DNA from: Octopus sinensis | Lineage: Eukaryota | DNA: 15,168 nt | Assembly: GCF_006345805.1 (NCBI RefSeq) | Contig: NW_021825544.1 | Span: 1 to 15,168 of the forward strand | Direction: 5' to 3' | Program-made: the position numbers and the translations under genes | In this document: positions 9,324 through 15,168 of the stretch, one piece after another | How positions within the stretch are numbered: position 1 is the first letter of the stretch | How the letters are laid out: each line of letters begins with the position of its first letter | Notes under the pieces: generated by a model | The model's input: only the letters and a program-made list of their open reading frames with translations | What the model was told of the DNA's origin: nothing | The model's database searches: none

Positions 9324-11780
9324 TCAGGCCATATCCCGTGGCCCCTACCTGGGACGTAGTCGATCCACCTGTGCATACCTTCCTTCTTGTGACACTTGTG
9401 AAGACCTGCTGAGGCAAGTGAAAATCAATCAAAATAGATGAACATCAATGGAATTTGTATCTTTGTGGTACCAGTGCCTGTGGCACACAAGAAAACCATC
9501 CGAACATGGCCGTAGCCAGTACCGCATCGACTGGCCTCCGTGCTGGGGGAACATGGTGGCACATAAAAACACCACCCGAAGACCCGGCAAGACTAGTCAG
9601 GTCATAACCCGTGGGCCCTACCTGGGACGTAGTCAGTCCACCTGTACATACCTTCCTTCTTGTGACACTTGTGAAGACCTGCTGAGGCAAGTGAAAATCA
9701 AATCAAATCAAAACAAATCAAAATAGATGAACATCAATGGAATTTGTATCCTTGTGGTACCAGTGCCGGTGGCACACAAGAATCCATCCGAACGTGGCCG
9801 TAGTCAGTACCGCTTGTGGTACCAGTGCCGGTGGCACACAAGAATCCATCCGAACGTGGCCGTAGTCAGTACCAGCTTGTGGTACCAGTGCCGGTGGCAC
9901 ACAAGAATCCATCCGAACGTGGCCGTAGTCAGTACCGCATCACTCGCCATCGTGCTGTGGGCACATAACAAACACCATCCAGTCGTGGCCGTTCGCCAGC
10001 CTCATCTAGCACCTGTGTCGGTGGCACATAAAAAGTAGTCAGTACCGCTTGTGGTACCAGTGCCGGTGGCACACAAGAATCCATCCGAACATGGCCGTAG
10101 TCAGTACCGCATCACTGGCCATCGTGCTGTGGGCACATAACAAACACCATCCGGTCGTGGCCGTTCGCCAGCCTCATCTAGCACCTGTGTCGGTGGCACA
10201 TAAAAACACCTTCCGAAGACCCGGCAAGACTAGTCAGGCCATAAACCATGGCCCCTACCTGGGACGTAGTCAGTCCACCTGTGCATACCTTCCTCCTTGT
10301 GATACTTGTGAAGGCCTGTTGAGGCAAGTGAAAATCAAATCAAAAAATCAATCAAAACAAATCAAAATAGATGAACATCAATGGAATTTGTATCTTGTGG
10401 TACCAGTGCCGGTGGCACACAAGAGAAAACCATCCGAAAGTGGCCGTAGCCAGTACCGCATCGACTGGCCTCCGTGCTGTGGGCACAGACAAACAACCAT
10501 CCGATCGTGGCCGTTCGCCAGCCTCATCTAGCACCTGTGTCGGTGGCACATAAAAACACCATCCGAAGACCCGGCAAGACTAGTCAGGCCATAACCCATG
10601 GCACTTCCTGGGACGTAGTCAGTCCACCTGTGCATACCTTCCTTCTTGTGACACTTGTGAAGACCTGTTGAGGCAAGTGAAAATCAAATCAAAACAAATC
10701 AAAATAGATGAACATCAATGGAATCTGTATCTTTGTGGTACCAGTGCCGGTGGCACACACTTTGTGGTACCAGTGCCGGTGGCACACAAGAGAACCATCC
10801 GAACGTGGCCGTAGCCAGTTCCGCATCGACCGGCCTCCGTGCTGTGGGCACGTAACAAACACCATCGATCATGGCCGTTCGCCAGCCTCATCTGGCACCT
10901 GTGTCGGTGGCACATAAAAACACCTTCCGAAGACCGGCAAGACTAGTCAGTCCACCTGTGCATACCTTCCTTCTTGTGACACTTGTGAAGACCGGTTGAG
11001 GCAAGTGAAAATCAAATCAAATCAAAATAGACAAAAGATGAACATCAATGGAATTTGTATCTTGTGGTACCAGTGCCTGTGGCACACAAGAAATCCATCA
11101 GTGCCGTAGTCAGTGCGGTGGCACATGACAAACACCATCCGATCGTGGCCGTTCGCCAGCCTCATCTAGCACCTGTGTCGGTGGCACATAAAAAACCATC
11201 CGAAGACCCGGCAAGACTAGTCAGGCCATAACCCATGGCCCCTACCTGGGACGTAGTCAGTCCACCTGTGCATACCTTCCTTCTTGTGACACTTGTGAAG
11301 ACCTGTTGAGGCAAGTGAAAATCAAAACAAATCACAATAGATGAACATCATGGAATTTGTATCTTTGTGGTACCAGTGCCGGTGGCACGTGGCACATAAG
11401 AAAACCATCCGAACGTGGCCGTAGCCAGTACCGCATCGACTGGCCTCCGTGCTGGGGCACGTAACAAGCACCATCCGATCGTGGCCGTTTGCCAGCCTCA
11501 TCTGGCACCTGTGTCGGTGGCACATAAAAACACCATCCGAGCGTGGCCGTCTGCCAGCCTCGTCTGGCACCTGTGTCGGTGGCACATAAAAAACACCATC
11601 CGAGCGTGGCCGTCTGCCAGCCTCGTCTGGCACCTGTGTCGGTGGCACATAAAAAACACCATCCGAGCGTGGCCGTCTGCCAGCCTCGTCTGGCACCTGT
11701 GTCGGTGGCACATAAAAAACACCATCCGAGCGTGGCCGTCTGCCAGCCTCGTCTGGCACCTGTGTCGGTGGCACATAAAA
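9308..11780 (+). repeat. Higher-order tandem array in the RTE 3' UTR
   Basis: Six long units begin GAC(C)CGGCARGACTAGTCAG at 9308, 9581, 10218, 10568, 10932 and 11205 (typical length 270-360 nt; one is 637 nt owing to internal duplications). Each contains ~63-nt sub-modules ending in GTGYCGGTGGCAC. Confidence 0.95.
11531..11780 (+). repeat. 63-bp minisatellite, 4 identical copies
   Basis: CACCATCCGAGCGTGGCCGTCTGCCAGCCTCGTCTGGCACCTGTGTCGGTGGCACATAAAAAA starts at 11531, 11594, 11657 and 11720; the last copy has a shorter A run. Confidence 0.97.
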
Positions 11781-11962
11781 TCACCCACTACACTCTCGGA
11801 GTGGTTGGCGTTAGGAAGGGCATCCAGCTGTAGAAACACTGCCAGATCTGACTGGACTGGTGCAGCTTTCGGGCTCCCCAGACCCCAGTTGAACCGTCCA
11901 ACCCATGCTAGCATGGAAAGCGGACGTTAAATGATGATGATGATGATGATGATATATATATG

Positions 11963-12343
11963 GAAATCGATCAATGGAAATTGCAGATGTGTTACCAGTG
12001 CCGGTGGCATGTAAGAGAACCTTCCGTTTCGCGACCATTGCCAGCACTGCCCCGTTTCGTGTCCGTTGCCAGCCTCGCCTGGCCCTTGTGCCGGTGGCAC
12101 ATGAAAAGCACCATCCGTTCGTGGCCATTTGCCAGCTCTGTCTGGCACCTGTGCGGGTGGCACGTAAAAAGCACCCACTACACTCACGGAGTGGTTGGCG
12201 TTAGGAAGGGCATCCAGCCGTAGAAACACTGCCAGATTTGACTGGGCCTGATGAAGCCTTCTGGCTTCACAGACCCCAGTAGAACCGTCCAACCCATGCT
12301 AGCATGGAAAACGGACGCTAAACGACGATGATGATGATGATGA
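11963..12343 (+). mobile_element. RTE 3' UTR/tail-only copy (related subfamily), head-to-tail with the long copy
   Basis: Three diverged hairpin modules, then GGAGTGGTTGGCGTTAGGAAGGGCATCCAGCC...CCATGCTAGCATGG...(GAT)n. Separated from the previous copy by a short TA run. Confidence 0.9.
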
Positions 12344-12668
12344 TATAATACTAAATATATATTAAGTGAAAACTAAAACAATACTTAAATTATTAAATAC
12401 TTTAAAATTAATTAATATACAATGATAGAACAAGTCATTAAATTGTAATCAAAATAAGAAATGGTTCAAATATAGACAAACTCATTAAATAAGCTAAATA
12501 ATTAATATACATGTGTAGTATCTATAGATTTAGTTGACTAAATATCAATTAATATAATACCTAATTATCTTAAAATTTAATACTACATAATAAATATACC
12601 GCCTAATAATTAAATAATATATTTTCTAACAAAATTAATTCTCAAATAAATTAAATGTTAGATCCCTT

Positions 12669-12702
<34 letters not shown>

Positions 12703-13015
12703 ATATATATAATATATATATATATAAATCTAAATAAATAGATATAAGAATTAATATCTATCGTAACGTATATCTATCAATATATATAAAAATGATATAA
12801 TGGCGAGAATTATTTGCTAATGGAAAGTAAGAAACATTTCAGCCCCATAAATTAAAGAAAGGTGCAAAAATATTAGAACCAATGAACAATACACTATGAA
12901 GATTTTCAATTACAATCACCAGTCCACTACAAATCCAGTCAGTAACAATAATAATAATAATAACAACGATCAATTGTTCATTTTGAATTGATAAAAGGTG
13001 GTTTTTTTCTAATTT

Positions 13016-13047
<32 letters not shown>

Positions 13048-13057
13048 ATATATTATA

Positions 13058-13835
13058 CTAGCAGAATTGCCCGGCGATGGTCGGGGCTGAATTGCTTGAA
13101 AGTACTGTTAATGATTGCACTGAATTATGATGATCATTCAGGCAAATATTGATATAAGTTTACGGTGGGAGATAAGGACTTAACGATCAAACGTGTGCCA
13201 TTGCATTGTTTTGCGGGAACCAAATTTCTAATGAGTATTATAGGGGCACCAACTTTAAGTTTGAGAATGTGTGGTGGTAGTCCAGGGGGCTCAAAGGAAT
13301 TGAGTACCTCTATTGGATAGTTGATGACATCCTCTGGGTCAGGAGTTGTATCGATAGACTTATATACATAAACATCCCCAGGAATGAGTTTTAGCATTTC
13401 ATCATTAATATGGTGAACAGTTTTATTCCTCGGGGCCAGAATAGCCCTTTGGCCAATCCAATCCATATTCTGATAATTAGCTTGTAGATCTGGGAACATT
13501 GCATCTCTGAGATCAGAAGGCGTTTTAACAATGGTACAAATGGAATCGATGGCAATATTACCATTTTCATCCCCTGGTATTTTGCCTTCGCCAAGTGCAA
13601 GGAGGGTGTGAGAAAATGCTGCTTATGTGATATTACGTCGCATATTGGTGTGAAGTTTGAGAGTCTTCACCAGTGGCCACAATGTGGATGACTTAAGACG
13701 CTCACTTACTGCATCAGTTCTAGTCCCTTTAGGAATAACGGCAAGTGTTTGTCGGAAGTCCCCTGAAAGAAGAAGTGTTATGCCTCCCATGGGAGCTGAA
13801 GAGTGTTTGATGTCTCTGAAAGATAGATCTATAGA
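13058..13835 (-). mobile_element. Helitron fragment with PIF1-like helicase remnant and intact 3' terminus
   Basis: Minus-strand 3' end has a CCCG...CGGG hairpin (13070-13085) followed by CTAG|T at 13061-13057. A possible 5' A|TC lies at 13835 (uncertain). Confidence 0.85.
13134..13820 (-). pseudogene. Helitron PIF1-family helicase fragment
   Basis: Reads MGGITLLLSGDFRQTLAVIP, LHTNMR, RAILAPRN and GLPPHILKLKVGAPIILIRNL...CNGTRLIV. In-frame TAA at 13623-13625; the Rep domain and C-terminal helicase motifs are absent. Confidence 0.9.
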
Positions 13836-14062
13836 TTACTTATATTTATATTTACTTATATTTATATTCTCTCTTTTTTATATATATTCTACTTATTATA
13901 CAACATTACTCTTTTATGTACATTCCTTTATGTACACTGATTTGTTCTGCTTTTTTATGTTTAACCCTACAGTCTCTTATGTGGTGGTTTAATAAAGTAT
14001 GTGATTGAGTATTATTGGTAATATATATTTGATTTAGATGTATTTCTCCATTTTCTATCTTG

Positions 14063-14112
<50 letters not shown>

Positions 14113-14202
14113 TATATATACACACACGTGTACATGTGTGTGTGTATAATATATGCTGAGTCTCCCGACGAACTCTTCCCCTTGTCGTCCATGTCCAGCC
14201 TT

Positions 14203-14613
14203 TGCGTACTCTTAATTCCGAAGGAATGAAGGTTGCATTATGCCGTCTTCTCATCAGGAAATACAAGGAATCTCAATCAACCTCAAGATGAACAAAAGCT
14301 TCTTACCGTCTGCCTACATGGTTTCCACAGTGATAATGAGTATTTATTCAAAATAATCCGTTATAATCAATGACGTCAAAATTGGATGGAAGGAGGAAGT
14401 TATAAAAAAATAGGAAGGGGACAGTGTGTATGCTGTATGTATGGGGATTGACAGGTGTATGTTTTGTTAATGAGTTTGAGTGTTTGTGTGGAAACCATGT
14501 AGGCAGACGGTAAGAAGCTTTTGTTCGTCTTGAGGCTGATAGAGGTTCCTTGTATTTCCTGATGAGAAGACGGCATAATGCAACCTTCATTCCTTCGGAA
14601 TTAAGAGTATGCA
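14203..14613. repeat. 127-bp inverted repeat (14203-14329 / 14487-14613) with 157-nt spacer
   Basis: Manual alignment shows 5 mismatches and no gaps. Confidence 0.97.
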
Positions 14614-14644
14614 GTCTTCGAAACATATGTCGAAAGTAAAGGAA
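14546..14644 (+). ncRNA. Type I hammerhead ribozyme
   Basis: Stem I UUCCUU-gua-UUUC / GAAA-gua-AAGGAA; core CUGAUGA at 14559-14565; stem II GAAGAC/GUCUUC (14566-71/14614-19); GAAA at 14620-14623; palindromic stem III ACAUAUGU; GUC triplet with the predicted cut after C14631. Confidence 0.92.
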
Positions 14645-14886
14645 TTTTGTTAAAATCTTCATTCGACTCCATTCTTTTCATTTACTCATATAAAAAAACA
14701 CACAAATTTCCACACACGAACACGGGGTTCGGCCCTTGGCATGTAACTTCAACCGTGTTTTACTGACGTGAATTTGCTACCCAGGTATCGATTAACCGAA
14801 TTATCCAAACTAGGATAATTCATTCATCTACTTAAATATTCTTATACAGTTTCCTTGAGAAACTGCTAACTTAACCGATACCGCAA

Positions 14887-15168
14887 ATGGAGTTGTTCGA
14901 TATCAACACCTCCCTTAACAACATACCAATACCACCAAAAGAAGCCTTCCTTAAGGAATTTGTTAACAAAACAAATGCATTTATCATCCGCATCAGATGG
15001 CTCGCCTTCTTCCACGATAATGAGGACATAAAACGGAACACTAACGACGTATCTCTTGAATATAAAAAACTATTTAAGTCGAGGGGAACCCCTCCACCTA
15101 ATCCTAAACTGAAGAAATTTGAAGATGATCTGTGGGACATCGTAAAGAACATTAAATTTCATAAGTCA
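14887..15168 (+). CDS. N-terminus of a Penelope-like element ORF (RT/GIY-YIG polyprotein expected downstream); 3'-incomplete
   Basis: ATG follows an in-frame TAA and opens 94 codons to the window edge: MELFDINTSLNNIPIPPKEAFLKEFVNKTNAFIIRIRWLAFF...FKSRGTPPPNPKLKKFEDDLWDIVKNIKF. The SLxNIPIP / RxRWxAFF / FKS..TPP / FExDL pattern resembles invertebrate PLE N-termini (from recall). Missing from the ORF track. Confidence 0.75.
   Translation, partial: MELFDINTSLNNIPIPPKEAFLKEFVNKTNAFIIRIRWLAFFHDNEDIKRNTNDVSLEYKKLFKSRGTPPPNPKLKKFEDDLWDIVKNIKFHKS

Larger units (their letters stand above)
7323..11952 (+). mobile_element. 5'-truncated RTE-clade LINE (subfamily B) with a tandemly expanded 3' UTR
   Basis: RT-coding region 7323-9323, tandem array 9308-11780, conserved tail 11781-11930 and an (ATG)n tail. 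No AP-endonuclease domain is present (truncated). Preceded by (TA)n. Confidence 0.95.
14155..15168 (+). mobile_element. 5' end of a Penelope-like retroelement with inverted partial pseudo-LTR (continues beyond the window)
   Basis: Order is (TA)n flank, inverted pLTR fragment (14203-14329), direct pLTR containing a hammerhead, 5' UTR and an open ORF. This is the established PLE layout. Confidence 0.85.

Noticed and set aside
9406-9424. Hammerhead-like CTGCTGAG/CTGTTGAG-GCAAGT-GAAA in every array unit
   Set aside because: The invariant A6 is replaced, no stem II forms, and I could not build stems I and III.
9470-11780. CRISPR-like array of regularly spaced palindromes (GTGCCGGTGGCAC)
   Set aside because: The intervening sequences are themselves repeated rather than unique spacers, no cas genes are present, and the context is a eukaryotic LINE 3' UTR.
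9445-12292. Many ORFs with repeated peptides (e.g. VPPTQVPDEAGRRPRSDG, WHLCRWHIKN)
   Set aside because: They result from a 63-nt (21-codon) repeat being open in several frames on both strands; they lie after the RT stop and have no recognisable domain.
12344-13015. Next CUL3 exon or another gene
   Set aside because: Very AT-rich; no frame resembles the expected GA(I/V)xNACQML continuation, and nothing else is identifiable.
14203-14329. Minus-strand CUGAUGA as a further hammerhead
   Set aside because: It is the inverted pLTR copy, truncated before GUCUUC-GAAA and the cleavage site.
14330-14560. GIY-YIG C-terminal remnant within the pLTR (W..., CxxC, KPCR)
   Set aside because: Suggestive and expected for a pLTR, but broken across frames and too weak to call without an HMM search.
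14871-15152. 93-aa minus-strand ORF from the track
   Set aside because: It is antisense to the + strand PLE ORF, which has the recognisable motifs.

Overview
AT-rich animal genomic DNA, probably a coleoid cephalopod such as Octopus (inferred from the repeat families; not provable here). The backbone is a Cullin-3 (CUL3) gene on the + strand, with two coding exons (2142-2255 and 5741-5901) and long introns packed with mobile DNA. The introns hold four RTE-clade LINE copies, two tRNA-derived SINEs, a decayed piggyBac with TTAA target-site duplications, Helitron remnants and the 5' end of a Penelope-like element (PLE); most of these abut (TA)n microsatellites. The most unusual signals are: (1) a canonical-core type I hammerhead ribozyme with an unusually long stem II in the PLE pseudo-LTR, sense to CUL3 and overlapped by a 127-bp inverted repeat; (2) a second, unrelated pair of inverted hammerhead-like motifs at 6.7-7.2 kb; (3) a PHD-type C4HC3 zinc finger inserted inside the RTE reverse transcriptase; and (4) a 2.5-kb higher-order tandem array of multi-hairpin modules in one RTE 3' UTR. 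Most ORFs in the supplied track are artefacts of these repeats. All alignments and folds were done by eye.
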